Positions 36,465 through 46,419 of a stretch of DNA of 64,000 nt are shown piece after piece. Made by a program: the position numbers and the translations under genes. The stretch spans positions 1-64,000 of the forward strand of contig JAHQWJ010000147.1 of the NCBI GenBank assembly GCA_029856125.1. The letters run 5' to 3'. This DNA is from Promethearchaeia archaeon (lineage in GTDB: Archaea; Asgardarchaeota; Lokiarchaeia; Sigyniarchaeales; SOKP01). The notes beneath the pieces are model-generated. The model did no database searches. It saw nothing but the letters and a program-made list of their open reading frames with translations, and was not told where the DNA came from. Position 1 is the first letter of the stretch; the number at the start of each line of letters is the position of its first letter.

Positions 36465-37361
36465 CTATAAATTTCTAATATATTCAATCAGATAACTAGA
36501 TAAAGCGTTTTCTACATTTTCTATTCCTCTAAATCCCGGAAAATCGTTTAAATCGATAAGATAAAAACGATCCTTATTTGTTAGTTTTATTAAATCAAAT
36601 CCAAAAATTTTAAGGTTAAGTTCTTCTGACAAAATTTCTGCTAGATATCTAATATCAGCATTGACCTTGAACTCTTTCCGCTTAATAGTATCAACATTAA
36701 TATTGGAAGGTTTATCTCTCAAAAAAATATAAATCGGATTTTCTCTTATAATGCCATAAACTTTATCTCCTATTACATAAACCTTTCTTTCAAATCCATC
36801 ACACTCAATAAATTTCTGAATATAGACATCGTAGTATAAAAGATGTTTATACCGATTGCAAAATGTATCTACTTCTTCAATCTTTCTAACTAAGAAGTTA
36901 AATCTATTATATTTGTCGTGCTGATAATGACTTTTAATTACGATTGGAAGCTTAGGTAAAGCCCATTTTTTAAATTTAAGGACATCTGTAGCATTATTAT
37001 TCCATGAGTTAGGAAATGAAAACTTTTTACTAATTTTGGGGTGGTTTTTAAATACCTTTCTTAGAGCATAATCAAGGGATATCTTGTTTTTACACATTTG
37101 AACGGTATCGACATTATGTAGCGTTGGAATATTATTTGTTTTAGCGTAATGAAGTAAATCGATAGAACAATCGTTTCTTACTTTGACTATTATTAAATCT
37201 GCTTCTTTAATCGATTTAGGCATTCTGGAAAGGTTAAAAAACTTTTTTGTAGGATCGTGAAAGTGTAAGTTAACATCGGGTAACCTTTTTAGCTTATTAA
37301 TAACACCCTTAATTATTTCGTGATCTTCCCTAGCTGAAAAAACGACATTTCTTATCATCAA
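36465..37361 (-). CDS. ITPK1-like ATP-grasp inositol phosphate kinase (copy 1)
   Basis: QKFI, KVYVIGD, FGFDLI and IDLNDFPGF match ITPK1 motifs (K-V-F-V-V-G, FG-D, IDIN-FPGY). Confidence 0.82.
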   Translation of the reverse strand: MMIRNVVFSAREDHEIIKGVINKLKRLPDVNLHFHDPTKKFFNLSRMPKSIKEADLIIVKVRNDCSIDLLHYAKTNNIPTLHNVDTVQMCKNKISLDYALRKVFKNHPKISKKFSFPNSWNNNATDVLKFKKWALPKLPIVIKSHYQHDKYNRFNFLVRKIEEVDTFCNRYKHLLYYDVYIQKFIECDGFERKVYVIGDKVYGIIRENPIYIFLRDKPSNINVDTIKRKEFKVNADIRYLAEILSEELNLKIFGFDLIKLTNKDRFYLIDLNDFPGFRGIENVENALSSYLIEYIRNL

Positions 37362-37474
37362 TTAAAAATAAAGAAGCGCAGAATATTCTTAAATTTTCCC
37401 TCAATGCATACTTTCTTTTTGTATTGTATATTTTAGAAAAATAATAACTTCTTTAAAAAAATGGGGATATTAAT

Positions 37475-38767
37475 TTGAAAGAAAAAGTGTTTAGTAAATT
37501 TCTCAGAAGACAGGTATTGTTAATCGGATTGCTTTACATGGGAGATTACCTTTTCTTCTTTTTTGAGCAGAATTTTTTCAACACGTACTTAGATCATGTA
37601 CTATATCTCCCAGAACTCTTCATTTCTATAATGGTTTCCTTATCAGCTACGGTTGGTCTTTTAAGTATGCCATTATGGGGGATTGCAAGTGATAACACAA
37701 GAACAAAATATGGTAGGCGTCGGCCATTTCTATTATTTGGTATTATGGCTGGATTTGGTATGGTATTATTTAGTTTTGCATATCTGTTATTCGGGAGAAC
37801 AGAGAGTGCATATATATGGTGTTTAATAATTGATGTTTTACTTATCGGTATTGCTTCAAATGCGTTTCTCGTAGCTGAAAGATCTCTTATTCCAGATACA
37901 GTCGAAGTTGAAAAAAGGGGGCGTGCAAATGGTATCATTAATTCAATTAGCTACATTGGGCTATTAATTGGTGTAGTATTTCTATTACTAGGAAATGAAT
38001 TATTTGGCATTCCTGATCCTCGCCCGGGTGCTACAGGAACGATTATTACACAAGATGGGCATATGATATTATTATCTATGGGTGGACTTCTTTTTGCTAT
38101 AGTTGGAATTATTGGTTTTTACTTCATAAAAGAAAAACCTGTTTCTGAGCTTCCTGAGAAGAAAAAGTTCTTAACAGAGCTAAAGCAAACTTTTAATATA
38201 GCAGAATTGAAATCCCATAAAGAATTCTTTAAAATTCTTCTAGCATTAGTCATATTCCAGTCTGGGATTTCTTCGATTATGCCGTTTTTATTTATTTTCA
38301 TCTTCGATCAAGGGCTCACAACTCTACAACTCTTATTAGGGATCGCAATCGCATTTCCAGTTGTGTTCGTTGCAACTATTTATTTAGGAAGATTGTCAGA
38401 TAAATTTGGAAGAAAAAGATTCGTACCTATATCTATGATTATAGTAAGTATGGGATACCTTTTAATGCCATTTGCTTCAAGTAATTACATCCTATTTATG
38501 ATTGGTTTGCCATTCGTGTTAGTAGGTGTATTATCATTAGTAACACCCTTGAATGCGTGGTCTCAAGATTTGTTACCAGAGGATAAACGTGGAAAATTTA
38601 CAGGAATACTAAATATTGTTAACACAGTATCTCAGATTATAGGTTCCTTTGCAGGAGGCATAGTTGCTACTTTATTTGGCATTTCTTGGATATTCGTTCT
38701 AGGTCCTGTCTTTTTTCTAGCCTCGATTCCACTATTTTTGAAAGTAAAAGAAACTGTAAATTTATAA
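37475..38767 (+). CDS. MFS transporter (GPH/sugar-type)
   Basis: G..SD.TRTKYGRRRPF, GRLSDKFGRK, 12 TM segments. Confidence 0.92.
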   Translation: MKEKVFSKFLRRQVLLIGLLYMGDYLFFFFEQNFFNTYLDHVLYLPELFISIMVSLSATVGLLSMPLWGIASDNTRTKYGRRRPFLLFGIMAGFGMVLFSFAYLLFGRTESAYIWCLIIDVLLIGIASNAFLVAERSLIPDTVEVEKRGRANGIINSISYIGLLIGVVFLLLGNELFGIPDPRPGATGTIITQDGHMILLSMGGLLFAIVGIIGFYFIKEKPVSELPEKKKFLTELKQTFNIAELKSHKEFFKILLALVIFQSGISSIMPFLFIFIFDQGLTTLQLLLGIAIAFPVVFVATIYLGRLSDKFGRKRFVPISMIIVSMGYLLMPFASSNYILFMIGLPFVLVGVLSLVTPLNAWSQDLLPEDKRGKFTGILNIVNTVSQIIGSFAGGIVATLFGISWIFVLGPVFFLASIPLFLKVKETVNL

Positions 38768-38990
38768 ATAAAATAATACTCTTTTCTCTTTTTTTTACTT
38801 CTTTTAGGATTCTACTATGATTTTCATCCACAAATATCTCCAATCAAATAATTTCAATAGTGTCAAAAATATCAAAAATCTAATAAATAGAATCCATCTC
38901 TATAGTTTATTTCAAAATGATTTAAATAATACTTTTTAATATAGATACTATAACGGCGACCACTAAAAATTTAGAAAAAAGTTGAATTAA

Positions 38991-40085
38991 ATGACTGAAA
39001 ATGATATAAAAGTCGCAATTATCGGAGTAGGTGACGTTGCAAGCGCATTAGTTGCGGGAGTCGAGAATTACAAGAAAAATCCAGATAAGATCATTGGTTT
39101 ATTACCAGAAATTACTCAATATGGAGTAAAAGATATAAATTTTGTCCTCGGTATTGATGTTAATGCTAAAAAGATTGGTAAAGATTTAAGTGAAGCTATT
39201 TTTGTTGAACCAAATTGTAATAGAAAAACATTTGAGCCAGGATTTTTAGACGCTCCTGTCCTAAAAGGTCCAATATTAGATGGATTAAAAAGTAATATCA
39301 AAAACATTATACCCGTTGATGAGAATCAAAAAGTCGTAGAGATTGTGAAAGAGTTTAGAAAACGGGATGTTGATGTTGTTGTTATTTTGCTTCCAACAGG
39401 CTGCCATGAAGCGGTTAAATTCTATGCTATGGCAAGTCTTGATGCGGGAGCTTGTGTGGTTAACGGTATGCCTTCACATGTAGTTAAAGATTCAGAAATT
39501 GTTGAAAAAGCTCTAAAATTAGAACTTCCATTAATTGGTGACGATGTAAAATCTCAAATAGGAGCTACTATAATACATCGATCGCTAGCAAATCTCTTTC
39601 CAATGCGTGGCGCAATTCTTGACAGAACTATACAGCTTGATTGGGGAGGGTCATCGGATTTCTGCAATTTATTAACCCCTCAATCTAATGGTGAATTAAT
39701 ATATGAGGAAGGAAAACGTCAATCTAAAACTGAATCGGTAATAGCAAATTTACAGAATAAAGACGATTTAGAATGTCGAATATCTGCGGTAGATTATATT
39801 CCATTCTTAAAGAATCAAAAAGAGGCTTATATGAGATTAGAGGGGAGGATTTTTGGTGGTGCCCCTGTTCGAGTCGATATTACTATGTTTGTAGAAGATG
39901 GTAATAATTCCGCAGGTATAATAGCAGATTGCATAAGGGTTATAAAAATTGCTAAAGATCGCAAAATTGGGGGGGTTTTACAATCAGCTTGCTCGTTTTT
40001 TAATAAACATCCTCCAGAACAATTAGATGATTATGTTGCAAAAAAACAACTTATAGAATTTCTAGAAAATAGAAGAGAACGATAA
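38991..40085 (+). CDS. ino1: myo-inositol-1(3)-phosphate synthase
   Basis: IGVG..AS.LV.G, IGDDVKSQIGATI.HR, GG..DF.N, SKT, DYIPFL...K, ED..NSAG, KHPP. Confidence 0.92.
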   Translation: MTENDIKVAIIGVGDVASALVAGVENYKKNPDKIIGLLPEITQYGVKDINFVLGIDVNAKKIGKDLSEAIFVEPNCNRKTFEPGFLDAPVLKGPILDGLKSNIKNIIPVDENQKVVEIVKEFRKRDVDVVVILLPTGCHEAVKFYAMASLDAGACVVNGMPSHVVKDSEIVEKALKLELPLIGDDVKSQIGATIIHRSLANLFPMRGAILDRTIQLDWGGSSDFCNLLTPQSNGELIYEEGKRQSKTESVIANLQNKDDLECRISAVDYIPFLKNQKEAYMRLEGRIFGGAPVRVDITMFVEDGNNSAGIIADCIRVIKIAKDRKIGGVLQSACSFFNKHPPEQLDDYVAKKQLIEFLENRRER

Positions 40086-40117
40086 TAAGATACGTGAAAC
40101 TTGATACTTTTAAAAAC

Positions 40118-41029
40118 TTAGCTCTTAGCTTTAACAAATGCGTTTCGATATATTTCTCGCGTATTAATTAAATTATAAATATGATCTGAAACTAAACTTA
40201 TTCCTTCTGGCACGCTCCTAAAGCTAGGAAAATCGTTAATATCTACGATATAAGGTCCCTTCTCGGTTAATATGTAATCTAACCCAAAAACTGACATCCC
40301 AAACTTTCGGCCTAATCGAATAATCCTCTTTTTGAATGGTTCTTCCACTGGAATCCTAATATGGATGAGTTCCAGAGGAGACAATTTATCTAATTGCTGT
40401 AAACGATTATGAGAAGTTATTGAAACAACCCAATTACCTATAACATAAATTTTATAGAGAATATCATGTTCCCCTAAATATTCTTGAAAAAATAACTCGC
40501 TTCCATTGTAATTTTTTATCAATTCAAGTAATTCTCTGTGATTTTTAGCGATACCAATTATTCTATCATTCTTAGGTAAATCTGGAATGTTATGAGGATT
40601 TAATTTTACAATAATTGGTGTGCCTTTTTGAGAAACACGAATCGCTTCTAATTTATTAGAAAAAGAGCGTGGGGTTAGAATTTTTTTGTAATTTTTATTT
40701 ATAAAATTAAAAGTGTTTTGCCTACTCTCACATAATTGAACGGATTCTAGGGTGTTAAGAATAGGAATTTCAGGACACGTTTTTTTAACGATTCTATAGA
40801 TTTTTTCATTTAACTCTTGAGTTGTCAGTTTTACAAGTAAAAACGAAATTGGATATTTTCTTAATCGTTTTTCAAGATACTTAGCATTAAACGATTCTAA
40901 TCCGTTTTTCATTAAATTAACTATTGTTATATTATAATTTTTAATTAAGAACTTCTTGATGTTTTCCAAAACTTCAAGATCTCTATTACAAATGGCTCCA
41001 ATATATTTTCGCTTTAAATTATTCGCCAT
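40118..41029 (-). CDS. ITPK1-like ATP-grasp inositol phosphate kinase (copy 2)
   Basis: FQEYL, LYKIYVIG, FGLDYI, VDINDFPSF. Confidence 0.82.
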   Translation of the reverse strand: MANNLKRKYIGAICNRDLEVLENIKKFLIKNYNITIVNLMKNGLESFNAKYLEKRLRKYPISFLLVKLTTQELNEKIYRIVKKTCPEIPILNTLESVQLCESRQNTFNFINKNYKKILTPRSFSNKLEAIRVSQKGTPIIVKLNPHNIPDLPKNDRIIGIAKNHRELLELIKNYNGSELFFQEYLGEHDILYKIYVIGNWVVSITSHNRLQQLDKLSPLELIHIRIPVEEPFKKRIIRLGRKFGMSVFGLDYILTEKGPYIVDINDFPSFRSVPEGISLVSDHIYNLINTREIYRNAFVKAKS

Positions 41030-41221
41030 TTAAAAAACCCATGCAATTTGATTTCTAAAAAACAAATTAAAATATATAAATGTATTGATAAATGAGTCCG
41101 AGTAATATTTCTATTTAGTTTATTATTTTTTCGCTATTATATATACTTTAAAATAACTTAGTTTTATATTATTCATAAAGGAAAGATTTTTTCATCGATT
41201 GCGTTTAATTGGGGTGGTTAT

Positions 41222-42040
41222 TTGATAAAAATAGGATTACTGACGGATAGTTACCATTTAGAGAAAAAATCGATTCAATTCTTAAAATATATTAAACCAT
41301 TAGCAGATATATCAGTTTATCTCGAAGAAGACTATCTAATTAATTTCTCGAATTACTTTTTCGAGGAAGATATTTTTTTTGTGAAAGCGAAAGGAGACTT
41401 AGTATTAAATTTAGTGAAATTAATAGAAAAAGAAACTAGTATTCCAGTAATTAATTCATCAAGAGGAATCTCTCTTGCTTTTAATAGATTTTTAAATAGC
41501 GTTGCCTTAAGAAAAGCGGGGATTCAAGTTCCCAATTTTTCGCTAAATCCTGTAGGACAGCCACCCCCATTTAATGAATACATAATTAAAAATATTATGG
41601 ACCAAAAAAATTATGCATTTAATCCTCAAGTTCAGAAAAAAGAGGGATATTTAAGTGTAATTGATGTTCGCGCTATCAATGAATCGAGTGGAAATTACCC
41701 AAAATACACACATCTATACTATCAAGAATTTATTAAGAGTAAATGGGAATACAAAGTGTATCTTGTAGGTGAAAACCTTCTTTACTTCAAACAATTACCA
41801 GTTTTAATAAATCCTGATAAAATGAAATCTAGAACAAAAATAGAGAAAATTCCCGAATTAACAGAAATGGCTTATACTGCTACAGAAACAATTGGATTAA
41901 AAATAAGCTCTATGGATTTCTTAAAATCAAAAGATGGAAATTATTTCTTGACAGATATAAATGCATCCCCAAATTTTAATTACATCAAGAATGGTCCTAA
42001 AATTATAGGAGATTATCTGATAAAACAAGCTAAACTATAG
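41222..42040 (+). CDS. ITPK1-like ATP-grasp kinase (copy 3)
   Basis: YQEFI, EYKVYLVGE, SMDFL, TDINASPNF. Confidence 0.75.
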   Translation: MIKIGLLTDSYHLEKKSIQFLKYIKPLADISVYLEEDYLINFSNYFFEEDIFFVKAKGDLVLNLVKLIEKETSIPVINSSRGISLAFNRFLNSVALRKAGIQVPNFSLNPVGQPPPFNEYIIKNIMDQKNYAFNPQVQKKEGYLSVIDVRAINESSGNYPKYTHLYYQEFIKSKWEYKVYLVGENLLYFKQLPVLINPDKMKSRTKIEKIPELTEMAYTATETIGLKISSMDFLKSKDGNYFLTDINASPNFNYIKNGPKIIGDYLIKQAKL

Positions 42041-42054
42041 GAAGAAGAGCAATT

Positions 42055-42837
42055 ATGAAAATAGGAATTTTATCAAAAAGGAGGGGAAATTTCGCTGGGG
42101 AAATTCAAAAATATCTTGAGCTTAAAGGGCATGATGTAAAAATCTTTACAGTAGATGATTTAATTGTTAATGAAATGCTTCTTAAAAGAGATTTATATAT
42201 ATTAAAATCTAAACACTTACTTTATCTTTATGCAGGTTATTTTTTAGAAGCTAATATGATTCCCGTCATTCCAAACACTACTATCAGTTATTTTCATAAA
42301 AATCGGGTTGAATCGTATTTTTCTATGAAAAAGCTTGATTTATTATGTCCAAATATTTTTATGGGTACCTTTAAAACTCTTAGAAGTCAACTTCAAGAGT
42401 CAAGTTTTCCCCTCATTTCAAAACCTATGCATGGATCTGGAAGTAGGGGTGTCAAAGTGTATAATTCTCTTCAAGAGTTTAATGTTTCTACCGATAATTA
42501 TCTCTATCTAGAAAATTTTATCAAAGGAACGCACTATTTAGCTTATTTTATAGAAGATGAAATTTGCATATGCAAAAAAAGACCACTCTCAAATGAACAT
42601 CAAGATACTGAATTAATCGAATCCGATAAAGAAATAGAAAAATATCTTATTAAATGGAAAGAAAAATATAATCTGTTATTTGGACATCTCGATCTAGTTA
42701 GAGAAACGAATACAAATAAGTTATATGTGGTAGATGCAGGTACTTTTCCGGAATTCTCTAATTGGAAGCGTGATACTGATCCTACTTCGAAAATATGTGA
42801 CTTAATTTTAAAAGAATTCAGGATGTTAAAGAACTAA
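42055..42837 (+). CDS. Divergent ATP-grasp protein, ITPK1/RimK-like (copy 4)
   Basis: FPLISKPMHGSGSRGV, LENFI, FGHLDLV, VDAGTFPEF. Confidence 0.68.
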   Translation: MKIGILSKRRGNFAGEIQKYLELKGHDVKIFTVDDLIVNEMLLKRDLYILKSKHLLYLYAGYFLEANMIPVIPNTTISYFHKNRVESYFSMKKLDLLCPNIFMGTFKTLRSQLQESSFPLISKPMHGSGSRGVKVYNSLQEFNVSTDNYLYLENFIKGTHYLAYFIEDEICICKKRPLSNEHQDTELIESDKEIEKYLIKWKEKYNLLFGHLDLVRETNTNKLYVVDAGTFPEFSNWKRDTDPTSKICDLILKEFRMLKN

Positions 42838-42886
42838 ATAGGTGTAAATAATAAGTTAATTAGTAAGTATTGAATTTCAATTCTTA

Positions 42887-44026
42887 TTAGGATTTTTTTT
42901 CTACTGAATCTTGTTCTTGCTCTTTGTTATACTCTTCTACTTTTTGCATAACGGATTCCGCAGGTGTCTGAGGTATAGGCATTTTCTCATACACTTCAAT
43001 GAACTTGACATCTTCAATTTCATCACCCATATGAGTCTGTAAATCCATAGCTAAACCGAATTTAAGATATGTAAGGTTTTGAAACAAGAGCATTTTAGGA
43101 ACAGTAATTTCTAGAGTTTTGTCCTTCAAAAGATTTACGATAAATTCAGATGCGTTTTCTTTAGGAATTCCCTTTGAAATCATAAAGTAATCGATTTTTT
43201 CGTTAAATGATTCGATCTTATCTACTATCTCAAGGTTATAATCTATTGATTGTCCTGCTAGAGGGTGATTGTAATCAATAATTACTTTGCCTTGAAGAAT
43301 ATTTGAAATAACACCTCTCTGTCCTTTTTTATTTGTAAAGTCTTGACCGTATTCTGGGTTTTTTCCATCGTTTAATTTTCTAAATTTAGCTATGCCAATT
43401 CTTTCAATTTTTTGAGGATCCCTTTTACCAAAGGCTTTAGTAGGGGGAATCTTTACAGATTTTTTTTGAAAGTAGTTCATATCTTTTACAGTTTCAGTTA
43501 AACCTTCATTTAAAAATCCCGGTTTTCCAATTATTACAAATTCCGGAGTGTAATACCCTTGTTGAGCTTTTTCCTCCTCATACATTCCTGCTTTTTTTGC
43601 ATCTTCTTCAGAAGATACTCTAAAAATCTTTCCTTTTTGCGTCCTTGCTGTCATCTTAAGTAAAACAAAATCGCCTTCTTCTGCCTTTTTGCCTTCTAAC
43701 TTCGCTTTCTTCTCTTCTAGCTTTTTAGCTTCTTCTTCAAGCTTTTTGGTTTCTTCTTCTTCCTTTTTTGCTTTCTCTACGTCCTCTGAGGGTTGTTCAA
43801 GAACTGAATCATCGCTTTCTATAGTAGACTCTTTTGATTCACTTAATAATTCTTTAGCGTTGCTTACGAATTTTTCAGCTGTAGCTTTTCCAATGCCTTT
43901 TAATTGCGTTAAATCTTCCACACTTGCGTTAGCTAACTTCTCTACGGATTCAATACCCGCTTCAATCAGCACATCTTTTTTTTTACCTACGCCTTTCACA
44001 TCTTCTAAATTCATAGAAAATACCAT
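42887..44026 (-). CDS. Archaeal long-type FKBP peptidyl-prolyl isomerase with N-terminal helix-hairpin-helix domain
   Basis: VKGVG...LKGIGKATA HhH pair, E/K-rich linker, GDFV, IPPTKAFGKRD, IDYNHPLAG. Confidence 0.9.
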   Translation of the reverse strand: MVFSMNLEDVKGVGKKKDVLIEAGIESVEKLANASVEDLTQLKGIGKATAEKFVSNAKELLSESKESTIESDDSVLEQPSEDVEKAKKEEEETKKLEEEAKKLEEKKAKLEGKKAEEGDFVLLKMTARTQKGKIFRVSSEEDAKKAGMYEEEKAQQGYYTPEFVIIGKPGFLNEGLTETVKDMNYFQKKSVKIPPTKAFGKRDPQKIERIGIAKFRKLNDGKNPEYGQDFTNKKGQRGVISNILQGKVIIDYNHPLAGQSIDYNLEIVDKIESFNEKIDYFMISKGIPKENASEFIVNLLKDKTLEITVPKMLLFQNLTYLKFGLAMDLQTHMGDEIEDVKFIEVYEKMPIPQTPAESVMQKVEEYNKEQEQDSVEKKS

Positions 44027-44096
44027 TAAATATAATTAGTTAAATTGTTGCTAGTAGGATTTAGGAATTAATCATTCCTTATTATTTTTTCTAAAA

Positions 44097-45209
44097 CTAA
44101 GAGACTGGCTCATACAAGATTCCTAAATCGTCAGCATAATTTTTCGCTTCGTGAATTTCTCCCATTGATGGCCTACGATTTATCTCAGGATATTCAGAGG
44201 ACTTCCATTGTGGTCTATATTGAGCCATCAGGTTCACTACAGCCTTCGGAAGATCTTTAGCTACAAAATCTAATATGGGTTTAGAACAACATTCTATGTG
44301 ATTGGGCATAATTAAGTGTCGGATTATAATTTCTCCACTTCCCTCATCGTGGATTCTTTTGTGATTTCTGGCAATGACATCAAAGTAATTATCAATACCA
44401 GAGTATTTTTTTCCACATGTATTATTTCCATACTTCCAGTCTGGCAACCAGAAATCCATGAAATCTATAATTAATGATAAGGATTTGTTAGTCAAGAAAA
44501 AGTTCGAATTCCAAAGTTGAGTTATGTTTGAGGTTTGATATTGTAAGCTACCAACAATAGTATGGATGTTTGGAATAGGATCTCCTCCTACATAGTTGAT
44601 ATTAATCGCACCTTTCTCAACTAATCTGTCTGCAAGAGCTGCTAATTGTTTTACATCAACTTTTTGAGCAACATCCTCAATTTTTTTCGTGTTTTTCCAT
44701 GACTGAGATATATCGTAGTTTTGGCAGAAAACACACCCAAAATTGCATCCTTGGAAAAATATTGTACCACTGGGTATTAGTGGAGCTTCTTCCCCAGAAT
44801 GAAGAAAAGCAGATGATACATAAGAATCCTTAGAAAGATAGCAAAAACCAGTTTCACCTTTAATACGATTAACTTTGCATTGTCTTTCGCAGAAAATGCA
44901 GTTCTCAAGATATTTATTTGCTAATTCTTCTGCCAGATTAATAAAATTTTTAGAAACTATACTACGTTTCTTTTGTTCTTCAGTAGATTTTTTTAATACT
45001 TCTTTAAATTCAAGAGATTTTTCTGCTAACAAATTCTCTAAGTTTTTAATGGATTCATTAGTATCAAAGTCACATTCTATGCTTTTTGCGATTAGATACC
45101 GAGCAATTTCTTTATCATCAATGATACTTCTGTATCTGGCAAATCGTTTGCGAATTATCTCATTTTTCCAAACCAAAGCTGAGTCTGGCCGAAGAATTCT
45201 AAAAACCAT
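44097..45209 (-). CDS. Radical SAM protein, PflX-like
   Basis: CIFCERQC.VNR...GFC, HSGEE.PL.PSGTIFF.GCNFGCVFCQN, RHLIMP, MAQYRP. Confidence 0.9.
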   Translation of the reverse strand: MVFRILRPDSALVWKNEIIRKRFARYRSIIDDKEIARYLIAKSIECDFDTNESIKNLENLLAEKSLEFKEVLKKSTEEQKKRSIVSKNFINLAEELANKYLENCIFCERQCKVNRIKGETGFCYLSKDSYVSSAFLHSGEEAPLIPSGTIFFQGCNFGCVFCQNYDISQSWKNTKKIEDVAQKVDVKQLAALADRLVEKGAININYVGGDPIPNIHTIVGSLQYQTSNITQLWNSNFFLTNKSLSLIIDFMDFWLPDWKYGNNTCGKKYSGIDNYFDVIARNHKRIHDEGSGEIIIRHLIMPNHIECCSKPILDFVAKDLPKAVVNLMAQYRPQWKSSEYPEINRRPSMGEIHEAKNYADDLGILYEPVS

Positions 45210-45271
45210 TTTGGTTTTCGCTCTTTTTTGCCTTAATTATGGTTAACTGCATAAAAATAGTGAGAATAACG

Positions 45272-46003
45272 CTATATATCAAAACTAAGCCATTTAATAA
45301 TGTTAGATAGAAATGGTATGTTATCTCCTGCGTCTAATCCAAAATCATCTTCAATAAGCCAATCAGATGAACCAATAGTTACACATCTTCCACTGAAAAA
45401 ATTGCTAACGACACAGATAGGGACAGTACCAATACTTCCCATGTCATCGTCAGCAAGATATTTAAACTCTGCTTTTTCTGAAGTCACTATAATATCTTCA
45501 ACATCTTCTTCAGTTATTGTAAAAAATGTACAGTTAGGGAGTACGACTTCAGTTATACCCTGAGTGATCGGATGGACAAACAGGTCATTTACTAACACAT
45601 TTTGTTTATTTACTAAAAAATGTGATGACGCTTCTTGTATAACCCCATTCCAATATCTTCGCACTCCAGTCATTTTATATAATACTCTGAGGGACCCCAT
45701 CTTCATTGGAACGTCTTGATCTCCTCCAGCTCCAGTAGTTATAAAAAGTCCCCCGCCGTCTCCAACATACCGCTTAATTGCTAATAATTCATCTTTAGTG
45801 AATTTATCTTCTTTGCCATCCTTAGTATGTTGGATATTTCCCAGAAATAAAACATCGTAATCTTCAAGTAAATCGTAGTCAATAGGACCTTCATTCTTGT
45901 CTATGTATTCGACCTCAAACTCATCATCACCCATAGAAAATTCGGGAAATTCCTCTATTTTTTCTCGATGTGATAAATCCACTATGACACTGTAAGGGCT
46001 CAT
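45272..46003 (-). CDS. Class I glutamine-amidotransferase-like GIFT/DUF4350 domain protein, IFT52-N-like
   Basis: DLSHRE, L..YDVL, KFT.DE..AI..YV..GGGL, HPITQG, GR....G.S....N..FL.NII.WL; no signal peptide. Confidence 0.7.
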   Translation of the reverse strand: MSPYSVIVDLSHREKIEEFPEFSMGDDEFEVEYIDKNEGPIDYDLLEDYDVLFLGNIQHTKDGKEDKFTKDELLAIKRYVGDGGGLFITTGAGGDQDVPMKMGSLRVLYKMTGVRRYWNGVIQEASSHFLVNKQNVLVNDLFVHPITQGITEVVLPNCTFFTITEEDVEDIIVTSEKAEFKYLADDDMGSIGTVPICVVSNFFSGRCVTIGSSDWLIEDDFGLDAGDNIPFLSNIIKWLSFDI

Positions 46004-46419
46004 TTTAAACCGACTCCAAGGCTATTTTGAAGTAAATTCTAATTTGTTCTAAGTGTAAATTCTATTATCTAAAATAATATAATTTTTATTTTTAAAGATA
46101 TGGTATTATTATTAAAGGTTTCTAAATCGGAATACTGCTAACGCAAAGTTTAAATATTTAGAGGAGAAAATATAAAGGATCAAAAAAATAAAGCACATTT
46201 ATATTCGCATACTTCTTCTCCGTGTAAATTTTCCGCGAATAAAATTTTAAGGAATTTAAATGAATTAAACCTCTTCAAAATTCAAGAATTACATCCTATA
46301 AATTCTAACTGCAAAATTGTGTGTAGATGTATCAAAGTAATATTAGGATCAGTTTAATGAATTATAATCAATTTTAAAAAATAGTGGACAAATAGAACTA
46401 GAAATATTGAAATATTTGA

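Noticed and set aside
38843-38864. ATCAAATA..CAATAGTGTC shared with 57773-57790
   Set aside because: Two copies of a 10-mer in AT-rich DNA upstream of unrelated genes is plausible by chance.
36465-42040. Annotation of the ATP-grasp genes as RimK/LysX ligases
   Set aside because: D-x-N-x-FP and K-V-Y-V-x-G motifs replace the RimK EVN and D-x-R motifs, and the context is ino1.
46200-46332. Weak inverted repeats (TATTCGC/GCGAATA; TACATC/GATGTA) in the gap downstream of psmB
   Set aside because: Short stems with long loops and no coherent overall fold.
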